Origin: Armatimonadota bacterium
GTDB taxonomy: Bacteria; Armatimonadota; Zipacnadia; Zipacnadales; UBA5352
Direction: 5' to 3'
NCBI GenBank assembly: GCA_034722055.1
Contig: JAYENL010000198.1
Location: forward strand, 11,784-75,783
DNA: 64,000 nt
Numbering within the stretch: the stretch's first letter is position 1; each line of letters starts with the position of its first letter. The notes beneath the pieces were generated by a model. It saw only the letters and a program-made list of their open reading frames with translations. It was not told the origin of the DNA and made no database searches. This document shows positions 18,946-28,819 of this stretch, in pieces. The position numbers and the translations under genes are program-made.

Positions 18946-19953
18946 TCACCCCTCGGCGACCGGCGGTCGCGGGCCCTCCACGAACACCCTCTCGTTGACG
19001 ACAAAGCGCGGCCGGCGACCGGCCAGCGCCGCCAGGATGTTGTCGCACACCGTGGCGTTCACCCGCGCGGCGCTCTCGGCGGTCATTGACGAGTTATGTG
19101 GGGTGATGATCGTGTTGGGCGCCTCCAGGATGGCGTCATCGGCGGCCGGCGGCTCCTCCTCGAGGGTGTCGAGGGCCGCGCCTGCGATCCAGCCCTCCTC
19201 CAGGGCCCGAGCCAGCGCCGCCTGATCGCACAGCCCGCCTCGACCACAGTTGATCAGGAAGGCCGTGGGCTTCATGGCCCGCAGCTCGTCCTCGCCGATC
19301 AGCCCACGGCTCTCATCCGTCAGGTTGGCGTGCAGCGTGACAATGTCCGCCTCCGCCAGCAGCTCCTCCAGACCCACCAGCTCCACGCCCAGCCGCCCCG
19401 CCTCCCAGGCCACCTCCGCCTCCCGGGGGTCGCAGGCCACCACTCGCATGGTGAAGCCCCGCGCCCGCTCAGCCACCGCCCGACCGATGGAGCCGAGGCC
19501 CACGATCCCCAGCGTCTTGTGCCACAGCTCAGTGCCCTCAACGTTGCGCCAGTCGAGGCTCCGCGCCACCTCCAACTGCTCCGGGAGCCGGCGCAGCAGC
19601 GCCAGCATGATGCAGAGGGTCTGATCGGCCACCGACTGTGTGACCTTGCCAGGGGTGTTGGTAACGATCACTCCCGCCTCCGTCGCGGCCTGCAGGTCGA
19701 TGCTGTCGTAGCCCACCCCCCAGCGCGCCACCATCCGCAGCCGTGGCAGCGCGCCAAACACGCGCTCATCGTACGGCTCGTTCGAGGCCACCACGGCGTG
19801 GAAGCCGTCCAGCACCTCGATGAGCTCGTGCGGCTCCAGCAGGTGATCCAGCGGCCCGTGCACCACCTGCACGCCCGCGTCCGCCAGCGGCTGGCTCGCC
19901 TCCGGCTCATGGCGCACGAACGGCGCGGCCAGCACCAGCACGCGTCCGCTCAT
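18946..19953 (-). CDS. D-isomer-specific 2-hydroxyacid (phosphoglycerate-like) dehydrogenase
   Basis: RWGVGYD, GIVGLGSIG, LINCGRG, AALD and ITPH motifs; start overlaps the aldolase stop (ATGA). Confidence 0.9.
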   Translation of the reverse strand: MSGRVLVLAAPFVRHEPEASQPLADAGVQVVHGPLDHLLEPHELIEVLDGFHAVVASNEPYDERVFGALPRLRMVARWGVGYDSIDLQAATEAGVIVTNTPGKVTQSVADQTLCIMLALLRRLPEQLEVARSLDWRNVEGTELWHKTLGIVGLGSIGRAVAERARGFTMRVVACDPREAEVAWEAGRLGVELVGLEELLAEADIVTLHANLTDESRGLIGEDELRAMKPTAFLINCGRGGLCDQAALARALEEGWIAGAALDTLEEEPPAADDAILEAPNTIITPHNSSMTAESAARVNATVCDNILAALAGRRPRFVVNERVFVEGPRPPVAEG

Positions 19954-20747
19954 GAGTAGACCCCCTCGCTGACGGCCTCGTGCCCGCGGATGATGCCCAG
20001 CGCCTCCCGGCTGCCGTTGACGAACAGCGCCACCTCGGAGGCGAAGCACAGGAAGCGACAGCCCGCGTCCAGATACTTCAGCGACATCTCCACGTCGAAG
20101 GCGTGCATGCCCGGCGCCACCGAGGCCTGCTGCGCGGCCGCGAAGATCTGCTCGATGGCTCCCACCACCTTGGGATCGTCGAGCTGTCCCGGGATCCCCA
20201 GGCTCAGCGACAGGTCATTGGGGCCGATGAACACCGCGTCGATGCCCTCGGCGGCCAGGATCTCCTCGCGCCTCTCCAGGCCCGTGGCGGTCTCGATCTG
20301 CACCGCCACGAGAGTGTCCTCGTTGCGCCGGCGCGTGAAGTCCGCCGCCGGCTCGGCGCTGTAGTCGTCGTGGGCGATGCTGGTGCCCAGGCCGCGCTTG
20401 CCCATGGGCGCGAACTTCACCTGATCCACGATCGCCTGCGCCTGCTCGCCGGTCTCCACGTGCGGGAAGATCAGCCCGTCGCAGCCCAGATCCAGGTAGC
20501 GCGCCGGCCACTGGCCGCGGAAGGCCGGCGCCCGCACGTAGGCCTGCAGGCCGATGTCCCGCGCCGTGCGCATCAGCCAGGCCACGGTCTCCAGCCCCGG
20601 CCACTGGTGCTCGGTGTCGAAGATCACGAAGTCGTACCCGGCCTCGCGGACGATGCGGCAGACGCCCGGCGACGCCCACTCGCCTACCATCGTCCCCACC
20701 ACTGCCTCGCCGCGGGCCAGGGCCTGCTTCACGGGATTACTCGCCAT
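19950..20747 (-). CDS. HpcH/HpaI aldolase family protein
   Basis: DTEH, PHVET, VQIET and FIGPNDLS motifs. Confidence 0.9.
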   Translation of the reverse strand: MASNPVKQALARGEAVVGTMVGEWASPGVCRIVREAGYDFVIFDTEHQWPGLETVAWLMRTARDIGLQAYVRAPAFRGQWPARYLDLGCDGLIFPHVETGEQAQAIVDQVKFAPMGKRGLGTSIAHDDYSAEPAADFTRRRNEDTLVAVQIETATGLERREEILAAEGIDAVFIGPNDLSLSLGIPGQLDDPKVVGAIEQIFAAAQQASVAPGMHAFDVEMSLKYLDAGCRFLCFASEVALFVNGSREALGIIRGHEAVSEGVYS

Positions 20748-20911
20748 GGCTCACCTCCACGCCTTGATGACCGTGTCGTCATTTCGTCGCCATCCCACCC
20801 GTCCCTTCCGGCCTCGCAGGTCGGCCCCGCCGTCCCGGCGAATCGCGGGAGCGTGCAGCGGGCCCCAGGCGTTGACTCTTACGGCGAGCAGCCCGCCCGG
20901 AGCGTGCAGCC

Positions 20912-22477
20912 ATGACCGACCATCAGCACAGCTCAGGCCGCAGGTTTCCCCGCGGCCTCATCGCCGCCCAGGTGATCCTGGTGGCGGCACTGGCCGTGTG
21001 GCTGCTTCTCGTCCGGCGGGACATCGGCTGGCCCGGGGAGTGGACCTGGCCGGTGCTGGGTCCTGTCTACCCCATCGGCCACCTGCTGGCCCCGGCGCTG
21101 GTCGTCATGGGCTTCAGCGGTCTCATCGCCTACCTCTGGTCCGCCATGCTGCGGGAGGAGATTCCCGGCCATCGCCGCGCGCTGGCGTGGTCCATCGCGG
21201 GCTCGCTGGCGATCGGCGCCTGGTGCCTGCAGCTCGCGCTCTGGAGCGTGGCGCCGCTGAGCGTGCCACGGCTGGCCACGGTGCAGCTCAGCGAGGTGTC
21301 CACGGGGTACCTCGGCGAGGCCTACCGGATCGACGCCCTGGGGGAGTACCTGGACAGCTACGCCCGGGAGATGGGAGACAAGCCCGAGCACGTCGCCACC
21401 CATCCGCCCGGCGCCGTGCTCTTCTTCTACGCGGTGCGCCGAGTGGGGCAACTGCTGCCCGGCCTCAACCGCCTGGCCCTGACGGCGGGCAGCACGGCGG
21501 TGAACCTCACCATCCGCGAGCTCGCCGCGGAGGTGACGAAGTACCCCACCGCCGCCTGGCAGGGCAGCGATGGCCTGGCGACGGCGGTGCTGGCCTCGTG
21601 GCTGCTCGGGGCCTGTGGGGCCCTCATGCCCGTGGCGCTGTTCTGGGCCCTGCGGGGGCCGATGGGCGAGGGTCGGGCGCTGGCCGCCGCAGCGATGGTG
21701 ACGCTGACGCCCACCATGCTGCTGTTCTTCCCGCTGCTGGATGAGCTCATCGCGCTGCTGGGGACGCTGATGCTGGCGGCGCTGGTTGCCACGCAGCGGC
21801 ACTGGGCGTGGGCGGCGGCGGCCGGGGCCATCGCGGCCGCGGCGCTGTTTGTGTCGCTGGGCGCGCTGGCGCTCGTGGCGCTGGGGTGCGTCTTCCTGCT
21901 GCTGCGCGCGGCCAAGCAGGCAGGGCAGTCCGGCGACAGCTCCTGGAGCGACACCCGCTCGGTCTTCGTCCCGGTTGCGGCCTTCCTGGGAGGCCTGGCG
22001 GTGGGCATCGGGCTGTGGTACGCTGCGGGCGTGGACGCCATCCCCATCTTCAGCCAGGGCCTCTCGGCGCACTCCAGCATCACCGGCCGCGCCTCATTCC
22101 GCAGCTACAGCATCTGGGTGTGGCTGAACCTGGTGGAGTTCGCCATCTTCCTGGGCCTGCCGCTGGCCGCGACCGTGGCGGCCTCGGCGGGCCGGTTCAT
22201 CCGCGAGCTGCGGCCGATGTCCGGCCCCATGCTGCCGGCATACCTGGGGGCGACCGCCCTGCTCACGCTCCTGCTGCTGGACGTCTCCGGCACGGTCAAG
22301 GGCGAGACGGGCAGGCTGTGGATGTTCTTCGCCCCCTGGCTGGGCGCGTCGGTCGCGCCGAGGCTGTGCGACGAGGCCGGATCGCGCTGGCGGCTGCTGG
22401 CCATCGCCTGCGGGCTGACGGCCCTGCAGCTTCTGCTGATGGCCTGGACGATGCAGCCCATCATCCGCCCCTACTGA
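20912..22477 (+). CDS. Polytopic membrane protein, probable GT-C glycosyltransferase
   Basis: About 12 hydrophobic segments; HVATHPPG and ETGRLWMFFAPW motifs typical of GT-C-like mannosyltransferase homologues. Confidence 0.6.
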   Translation: MTDHQHSSGRRFPRGLIAAQVILVAALAVWLLLVRRDIGWPGEWTWPVLGPVYPIGHLLAPALVVMGFSGLIAYLWSAMLREEIPGHRRALAWSIAGSLAIGAWCLQLALWSVAPLSVPRLATVQLSEVSTGYLGEAYRIDALGEYLDSYAREMGDKPEHVATHPPGAVLFFYAVRRVGQLLPGLNRLALTAGSTAVNLTIRELAAEVTKYPTAAWQGSDGLATAVLASWLLGACGALMPVALFWALRGPMGEGRALAAAAMVTLTPTMLLFFPLLDELIALLGTLMLAALVATQRHWAWAAAAGAIAAAALFVSLGALALVALGCVFLLLRAAKQAGQSGDSSWSDTRSVFVPVAAFLGGLAVGIGLWYAAGVDAIPIFSQGLSAHSSITGRASFRSYSIWVWLNLVEFAIFLGLPLAATVAASAGRFIRELRPMSGPMLPAYLGATALLTLLLLDVSGTVKGETGRLWMFFAPWLGASVAPRLCDEAGSRWRLLAIACGLTALQLLLMAWTMQPIIRPY

Positions 22478-22569
22478 GCCCCTGCTCGCGGTGACTTGCG
22501 CAATTCCGCGTATGTTGACCACGAGCGCGCTCAGCGCTTGGAGGCGTGGAAGGTGCGCGTCGTGCCCTC

Positions 22570-22647
22570 GTGGAGGGGCTGCTGGGCGCTGCGCGCCCGG
22601 TGAGGTCTCTGAGCGTGGCGAGAAGGCCGAAGGTCCCACCCCGGCCC
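22570..22647. repeat. Half copy of intergenic inverted-repeat family 2
   Basis: Similar to the reverse complement of 18715-18792. Confidence 0.7.
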
Positions 22648-22763
22648 GCAACGCTGTGCCCGGAGGCGGACGGCGTGCAGGCGAAGGCGCCTGCATTACC
22701 CAACGGGCGGGCGACTGCTGAGTGGGAGAATCTCGCGCATTATGCGGCGGCACGGCGGTGCGC

Positions 22764-25700
22764 TCAGCCCTCCCGGCTCAGCCGCTCGATGGCCTCCATC
22801 AGCGCCCGCCGGCGCTCGTAGAGGGGCAGCGGATCGCGGGTGAACTCCCGCGGATTGGTGACGATGCTCTCCGGGATCTCCAGCAGCTCCCGGGCGGCGT
22901 CATCGGGATGACCCTCCACCAGCGCCTGCAGCATCTCGAAGTACTCCCGGTCCTCCAGGCCCTCGCGCAGCATCTCCCAGCGGATGGAGTCCACCGGGCC
23001 GGTGATGACCGGCTCGTGCTCGGAGTTGGGATCCACGTTCGGGGGATAGATGAAGCGCCCGTCGCCATTGCCCCACCAGCCGCCGCCGCTGGCGCGATAG
23101 GCCATGGGGTCGTCCCACGGATTCTGCCACTGTCCGGTCTCTCGCCGGCGCTGGCTCGACGTGTAGTAGTTCGTGGCCCAGATCAGGCAGCCCTGGACGT
23201 CGTACTTCCAGCCCATCCACTGCCAGATGCGCAGGTCCACGGCATTGTGGTCGATGAACAGCCCCGCGTAGGGGGCCTTGGGGCCGGTGCACACGTACCA
23301 CCAGATCACGTCGCCGTCGCGCTGCCGCTCGTGGCAGGCCTCCTCATCGTAGTTGTGCAGCACCGGGCACCAGATGTCCACGAAGCCCACCAGCTCCTCC
23401 TCCGGCTGCTCGGTCAGCATCCGCCGGACGTCCGGGGCGTACTCGTCCAGCAGCCGCATCCCGTAGCGCACGTTCTCGTAGTGCTCCGGCGCGGGCTCAT
23501 CCACCCAGTAGGAGTAGCCCACGTCCAGCCAGCCCTTCTCGCGCAGGTGCTCCTGCAGGTCGTGGAGGTACTCGCCGACGATGCGGTCGTAGGCCTCGGT
23601 GCCCTGCCAGTAGGGCCCAACGTGCCCGGGGGCGTCGCGGCGGGGCATGTAGCCGATGGGCAGCCGCACGCTCTGGAAGCCCAGCCCGTCCACGTAGCGC
23701 TCCATCCAGTAGTCGAAGTCGGAGTAGTCGCAGACGATGCGCACGTCCTGGGCGCCCATCTCGAAGCTCGGGTCGGGCAGCAGGTTCGCCGCCCCCTCCT
23801 CGGCCAGGCCGAAGAACACGTCGTCGAACCAGGCCTCGCCGGTGGTCTCACCGCCCTCCACCCAGTGGCTGGCGCGGAGCGTGACCCGCACGCTCTGGCA
23901 GCCCTCCGCCATGCGGCCGGCGGGGATCGGCGTCTCGTAGCGCGTCCACTCACCCGTGCCCTCGTAGAGGGTGTCGATGTTGCAGCCCGACATCCACTCA
24001 TCGTCGGCGTCGTGGCAACCCAGGGTGGTCTGGAACTGCTGGCCCTCCGCCGCCCGAGCCGTGAAGCTGAGGCGGTAGTCGCGCTCCCGGTCAACCGGGA
24101 TCAGGTCCGCGGTCGCCGCCGAGGGATTGCCCGTCTCCTGGTCGTCCAGGACGTGCAGCACGTTCTGCCCGTCGGGCGCGTCCTCGCTCCGGATCATCTC
24201 CCCGCCCGTCCACTCGATGCCCTCCAGGTGAGTGTGGATGGACTCCAGCATGGGCCTGTAGGGGTCGATGCGGTGGGCCCTGAAGCTGCGCATGTAGCGG
24301 TCGAAGACCTCCTCCATCTGCTCGTCGGTCTCCAGGTGGTGGTAGTGGCGCATGGTCCCGGAGCTGAAGCCCATGGTTGCGACGATGCTGCGCTCGGCCG
24401 GCATGTCAAAGTCGAAGACGCGCAGGCGCAGCGGCACCTCCGCGCTCCAGCCGTCCGCCTCCACCGACAGCGTGCCCTCGTAGCGACCAGCGGCCGCACC
24501 CGCCGGCACGTGCACCCGCAGCCACAGCGGCTGGTTCTGGTCGGCCTCCAGGTCGATGGGCGCATCCAGCGGCGGCAGCGGATCCGGCCACCACCCCACC
24601 GCTCCCTGGCGGTCGGTGGGCGTGTGCACGTAGACGTAGCCCACCCGCAGGATGTCGATCTCCTCTCCGGGAATCGTTACGCCACCGTCACCGGAGAGGT
24701 CGCTGACGCTGGCGGTGAGGCCGCTGATGGCCCGCCGCGGCCGGATGACCACCTGCACCGGCTCGTACTCGCCCCGGCAGGCCTCGATCATCACCGACCG
24801 CTCGTCACCACTCGGCGCGGGCCGATCCCGATTGACCTTGTAGGTCCCCTCGCACCACCACAGCTCCGCGTCATCGTCTGAGGCCACCGGATACCCGAAG
24901 TCGCTGCGGTACAGCTCCGGCACTTGGAAGGTGAAGCGGGCCCGGTACAGCTCCTGGCCGCCCGCGTCCGCCACGATCACCGCCGCCTCGTAGTCGCCCA
25001 CCACGCCCGCTGAATACGGGATGGTCACCTCCGCCTCGCCTCCAGCCGGGACGGTCACGGTCGCGCCGAAGCTCGCGGGCTCGCCCCCCTCCGGCTCGAA
25101 TTGCAGCATCGGCCGCAGGTCCAGGGCGGCATCGCTGGTATTGCGCAGCGTCATGCCGGCCTCGTTGCTCATTCCCGGCAGCAGCCCGCCGAGCGTCTGG
25201 ACGTCCACCGCCAGCCGGTCGCTCGTCGTCTCCGGCACCAGGAAGGTGGTGGCGCCACGCAGCGGCTCCACGGCCTCCGCCAGCTCCGCGCGGAAGCTGT
25301 ACTCGTAGACCTGGAACGAGCCCGGCGCGGACTCCCCGCGCTCCCCCTCGCCTGGCGAGCGCAGCCGCACGTAGACCTCCTCGGCGGGCAGCAGCTCGGC
25401 GGGCACTTCGAAGGTCCCCCGGCCCAGATCGCTCATGTCCCCCACCTGCGTCCACGTCTTCCCATCGGTCCCCACCTCCACGATGCACATGCCCGCGGCG
25501 TACCAGCCGATCTGGGGCTCGATGGTGGCGCCGGCGATCGCCCTGCCGCCGATCTCGTGGCGGTAGATGACCTCGGCGCCGGGGAAGAACACCCAGCGGT
25601 GGGAGTTGAAGTGCGCGGTGTGGGAGTGCAGCGGGCGGCTGTAGTTGCCGGTGTAGCCGCCCAGCGGCGCGTTGAAGGCGTAGCTGGTGCCGTCAACGCT

Positions 25701-26219
25701 CTCGCCCTGGCCAAGCTCCAGTCCCCCTCGGCGAACCGGCAGTGGCGTGACCGGCAGCAGCGAGACGTCGTCGAAGAAGATAGTGCCATCCGCGTGCCAC
25801 TGACCGACGCGGATGTAGGCGTCCTCGGTCTCACGGGGCACCACGAAGACGTGCCGGCTCTCCGTCCACTCCTCGCGCGGCCTCCGGTCCATGTTGGCGC
25901 AGCTCGGCCCGGTGATCGCCAGGCCTCCGAGGGCCTCCGGGGCCCGCCGCATCCACGTGCCGAACTCATACGTCGCGCCCGGCTCCAGGCCCGGATCTTC
26001 CGCCCGCCAGTGGGAGGTGTCAGAGCCGCTCCCCGTGACGGAGACCCCGCGCTCACCGGTGTGCGCCTCCATCACCCAGCGCGCGTCTTCACCCTCGGCC
26101 GTCCAGCCATCGGGCGCGTCATCGCCTTCCTCGAAGGACGGGTTCGGTAGCAGGTTCTGCTGCGCCAGGCACACGCAGGTCATCAACATCGCAACACCGA
26201 CAGTCAGCAGCACGCGCAT
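22764..26219 (-). CDS. Secreted DUF4091-domain glycoside hydrolase with carbohydrate-binding modules
   Basis: Signal peptide; NLLPNPSFE and NLLPDPSFE CBM4/9-like motifs; GEYEPVQ, WPDPL, WVDEP, NGDGRFIYP and SIRWEMLREGLEDREY motifs. Alternative GTG start at 26228. Confidence 0.85.
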   Translation of the reverse strand: MRVLLTVGVAMLMTCVCLAQQNLLPNPSFEEGDDAPDGWTAEGEDARWVMEAHTGERGVSVTGSGSDTSHWRAEDPGLEPGATYEFGTWMRRAPEALGGLAITGPSCANMDRRPREEWTESRHVFVVPRETEDAYIRVGQWHADGTIFFDDVSLLPVTPLPVRRGGLELGQGESVDGTSYAFNAPLGGYTGNYSRPLHSHTAHFNSHRWVFFPGAEVIYRHEIGGRAIAGATIEPQIGWYAAGMCIVEVGTDGKTWTQVGDMSDLGRGTFEVPAELLPAEEVYVRLRSPGEGERGESAPGSFQVYEYSFRAELAEAVEPLRGATTFLVPETTSDRLAVDVQTLGGLLPGMSNEAGMTLRNTSDAALDLRPMLQFEPEGGEPASFGATVTVPAGGEAEVTIPYSAGVVGDYEAAVIVADAGGQELYRARFTFQVPELYRSDFGYPVASDDDAELWWCEGTYKVNRDRPAPSGDERSVMIEACRGEYEPVQVVIRPRRAISGLTASVSDLSGDGGVTIPGEEIDILRVGYVYVHTPTDRQGAVGWWPDPLPPLDAPIDLEADQNQPLWLRVHVPAGAAAGRYEGTLSVEADGWSAEVPLRLRVFDFDMPAERSIVATMGFSSGTMRHYHHLETDEQMEEVFDRYMRSFRAHRIDPYRPMLESIHTHLEGIEWTGGEMIRSEDAPDGQNVLHVLDDQETGNPSAATADLIPVDRERDYRLSFTARAAEGQQFQTTLGCHDADDEWMSGCNIDTLYEGTGEWTRYETPIPAGRMAEGCQSVRVTLRASHWVEGGETTGEAWFDDVFFGLAEEGAANLLPDPSFEMGAQDVRIVCDYSDFDYWMERYVDGLGFQSVRLPIGYMPRRDAPGHVGPYWQGTEAYDRIVGEYLHDLQEHLREKGWLDVGYSYWVDEPAPEHYENVRYGMRLLDEYAPDVRRMLTEQPEEELVGFVDIWCPVLHNYDEEACHERQRDGDVIWWYVCTGPKAPYAGLFIDHNAVDLRIWQWMGWKYDVQGCLIWATNYYTSSQRRRETGQWQNPWDDPMAYRASGGGWWGNGDGRFIYPPNVDPNSEHEPVITGPVDSIRWEMLREGLEDREYFEMLQALVEGHPDDAARELLEIPESIVTNPREFTRDPLPLYERRRALMEAIERLSREG

Positions 26220-26270
26220 CGTGAACACCCCTCGACGACCTCCCGAGAGTGCTTCTCAGTCTGCGGGAGG

Positions 26271-27701
26271 TCAAAGCTTGAGCGTGAAGCCCTCCATGTC
26301 TCGGAACTCCGCGCTTCCGTCCAACGCGACGAGGCGCACGGCGCCCTCCCCGCGGCCCTCGACGAAGGCCGAGAGCGCGAACTCGTCATCGACGTAGAGG
26401 CTGAGCACCTCGCCGTCGGCCACCAATCGCAGATGCGCCGGCCGCACCGGCGTGACCTCCCATGGCACCGATGCCAGCGTCTCGCCGGATGGCAGGCGGA
26501 CGATGGCCGCCTCCTGGCCCGGAACGTCCGCGATCGCTGCCAGCGTGCCGGCGGCGTCGGAGACGCCGACGGCAGCGCGGGCCGCAACGTCAGGAACCAC
26601 CGGGGCGGCCACGCACAGGTCCATCGCCTCATCCTGGCAGCCTGCGACGCTCGGACCGCCCCCGGCGTCGGCGATCATCACCCCCCGGGCCGACTGCCAT
26701 CCCCCCTGCAGCTCCCGAGGCTGCTCCCCGCACAGCGAGCGCCCGCGCCAGGCCTCAAGCCCCTCCCAGTAGAGCGCGCAGAGGCTGCCGTCAGGCGCCG
26801 CATCCAGGCGCATCGGCACCGCCAGCTCCCGGCGCGTCGGCCCCCACGAGTAGAGGAGCAGATCGCCGCCGACGCGCTGGGCCTTGGCCCCATGGTGCGA
26901 GTCGGCCATCGCCCCCGCCACTACGTCCACCTGCGGCACCCGCCATTCGCCCAGCGGATCATCGGAGACCAGGTAGTGCGTCCCGCTCCGCTGCCAGCGC
27001 AATGGCTTGCGGGCCCGAGCCTCATCGGAGTACGCCCACAGGTGCGTGGAGTAGAGGAGGTACCAGCGAGCGCCGATCCGCACCACCTGCGGCGCCTCGT
27101 GCGCCCGGCAGAGCCCCGGCGCCGCGACCGGCGGCAGCGCCTCCCACTGCATCATGTCCTCGGAGCGCGCCAGCCCCACGCAGCCGCGTTCGTTCCGCGG
27201 ACCGTCGCCGCGCTCCGTGGCGGTGATGAAGGCGTACCAGGCGCCCTCCTCCTCGCACCACCACAGGCAGGGGTCGCGCCAGCTCACCCACTCGTCGGGG
27301 CCGACATCGGGCGCGGTCTCATACCATCGCTCGTCCGGCTCCAGCACGGGGACCTCGGCGAAGCGCTCCCAGTGCACCATGTCCCCGGAGGTCAGCACGC
27401 CCGTCCGCTGCACGCTGTCGGCGCGGCTGAGACCGGTGTAGAGCATGTAGTAGCGGCCACCGACGGTGACAGCCGAGCCGGCGAGGATCGCGGCGTCATC
27501 AAACGCACCGGGCTCGCCGCGGCCGATGACTCGGCCCCGCTCGCTCCAGTGGACGCCATCGGTGGAGGTCGCGTGGCCGATGCCGACCTCAGCGCGCTCG
27601 TCGTGCGGGGGCTGCTCCAGCTCCAGATAGTACAGGTGCAGCACATCCGGCCCCTCCAGGAACCAGAAGTCGCCCATCCCGAAGTCCCGCGGCCGGTACA
27701 C
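26271..27701 (-). CDS. GH32-like five-bladed beta-propeller glycoside hydrolase
   Basis: GDFW, GHATSTDGVHW, AGS, WRDP and HEAP motifs plus a C-terminal beta-sandwich. Confidence 0.75.
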   Translation of the reverse strand: MYRPRDFGMGDFWFLEGPDVLHLYYLELEQPPHDERAEVGIGHATSTDGVHWSERGRVIGRGEPGAFDDAAILAGSAVTVGGRYYMLYTGLSRADSVQRTGVLTSGDMVHWERFAEVPVLEPDERWYETAPDVGPDEWVSWRDPCLWWCEEEGAWYAFITATERGDGPRNERGCVGLARSEDMMQWEALPPVAAPGLCRAHEAPQVVRIGARWYLLYSTHLWAYSDEARARKPLRWQRSGTHYLVSDDPLGEWRVPQVDVVAGAMADSHHGAKAQRVGGDLLLYSWGPTRRELAVPMRLDAAPDGSLCALYWEGLEAWRGRSLCGEQPRELQGGWQSARGVMIADAGGGPSVAGCQDEAMDLCVAAPVVPDVAARAAVGVSDAAGTLAAIADVPGQEAAIVRLPSGETLASVPWEVTPVRPAHLRLVADGEVLSLYVDDEFALSAFVEGRGEGAVRLVALDGSAEFRDMEGFTLKL

Positions 27702-28631
27702 TCAGACCATCCCCGCCTCCCGCAGGGCCTCCTGGCGGAGCCTGCGGCAGTGCGCGTAGTAGGGCACGCGGCGGTCAAGATCGAACTCCTGGGCGATTTC
27801 GTCTACCGTCAGCTCATCATCCTCGCTGGCGATGCTGAAGGTCCCCTGCGCGTGCATCAGCTCCATCGTGATGCGATCCCCGTACTTCTCGCGAATGTCC
27901 TCCCACTTGAAGCGGCCGGTGCAGCGGAGGAAGACGTCGCGCTCGAAGTTCACGTCCGCGGACGCGATGGGATAGCCGTAGTTCGTGGTCGCCAGCGGAT
28001 AGCCGTTCATGTCGATGATCTCGCAGATGTTCCCCGGCCACGCGGACATCACGTAGGCGCCGAACAGATACGCCCACATGCGAAGCTGGAAGCCGCCCTG
28101 ATACATCGACGGCCAGCAGATGAGCTGCACGTCCCGCTCGGCCATCTGCTGCCCCACCTCCAGGAAGTGCAGGTCCCAGCAGATGGCGAAGCCGACGCGG
28201 CCGAAGTCGGTCTCAAAGGCCGGCGCCTCCACGCCCGGCGTGGTCCCGGCCTCCATCTCCTGAGGCGTGGGGAACATCTTCCGGTAGACGCCCACCGGCT
28301 CCCCGTCGCGGCCGATGAGCACCGCGGCATTGTGCACCAGGTCCCCGTTGCGCTCCAGCATCCCCGCGACGACGTAGCAGTCGTGCCGCCGGGCCGCCTC
28401 GCCGAGGCGCTCGGTGATCGGCCCGGGCACGGGCTGGGCACGCTGCACGGCCTCCTGGCGCTCCATGTGCCGATGCGCGAAGAGCTCGCTGAGGCAGATG
28501 AGGTCGCCGCCATCCTGCGCCGCGGCGTCGATCATCTCGACGGCCTGCGAGATGTTGCTCTCGATCGGGTCCTCGTCCCCAGGCGCCCCCGGCCCCCAGG
28601 AGACGGTCGTCAGTCGGGCCATGCGTGGCAT
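27702..28631 (-). CDS. Carbon-nitrogen hydrolase (nitrilase superfamily), paralog 1
   Basis: Catalytic triad in LSELF / YRK / AICWD; GGAGG RBS upstream of ATG 28631. Confidence 0.9.
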   Translation of the reverse strand: MPRMARLTTVSWGPGAPGDEDPIESNISQAVEMIDAAAQDGGDLICLSELFAHRHMERQEAVQRAQPVPGPITERLGEAARRHDCYVVAGMLERNGDLVHNAAVLIGRDGEPVGVYRKMFPTPQEMEAGTTPGVEAPAFETDFGRVGFAICWDLHFLEVGQQMAERDVQLICWPSMYQGGFQLRMWAYLFGAYVMSAWPGNICEIIDMNGYPLATTNYGYPIASADVNFERDVFLRCTGRFKWEDIREKYGDRITMELMHAQGTFSIASEDDELTVDEIAQEFDLDRRVPYYAHCRRLRQEALREAGMV

Positions 28632-28769
28632 TCCATGGCCTCCTTCCGAGACGTGGGTAACGGCCGACACCCATTTCCGCCTTGTGCCTGTCATCCCTGC
28701 GTCGAAAGGCCTTCCCGGGAGCGTCCGCACCGATAGGGGCTGACTTGCTTTGGCGCAGGCTTAACCATG

Positions 28770-28778
28770 TGGTATACT
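28770..28778 (+). promoter_or_regulatory. Extended -10 promoter element upstream of the methyltransferase
   Basis: TGGTATACT (TGn-TATACT) about 40 bp upstream of ATG 28820. Confidence 0.45.
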
Positions 28779-28819
28779 CTCTTTGAGCGGTATTGGAACC
28801 GGGACCGCCAGGGGCTTGT

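Noticed and set aside
22722..28736. Long antisense or alternative-frame ORFs (e.g. 22722-24881 +, 26433-28736 +, and similar ones such as 6661-8325 -, 34551-36302 -)
   Set aside because: Shadow ORFs typical of high-GC DNA that overlap well-supported genes and have no recognisable motifs.
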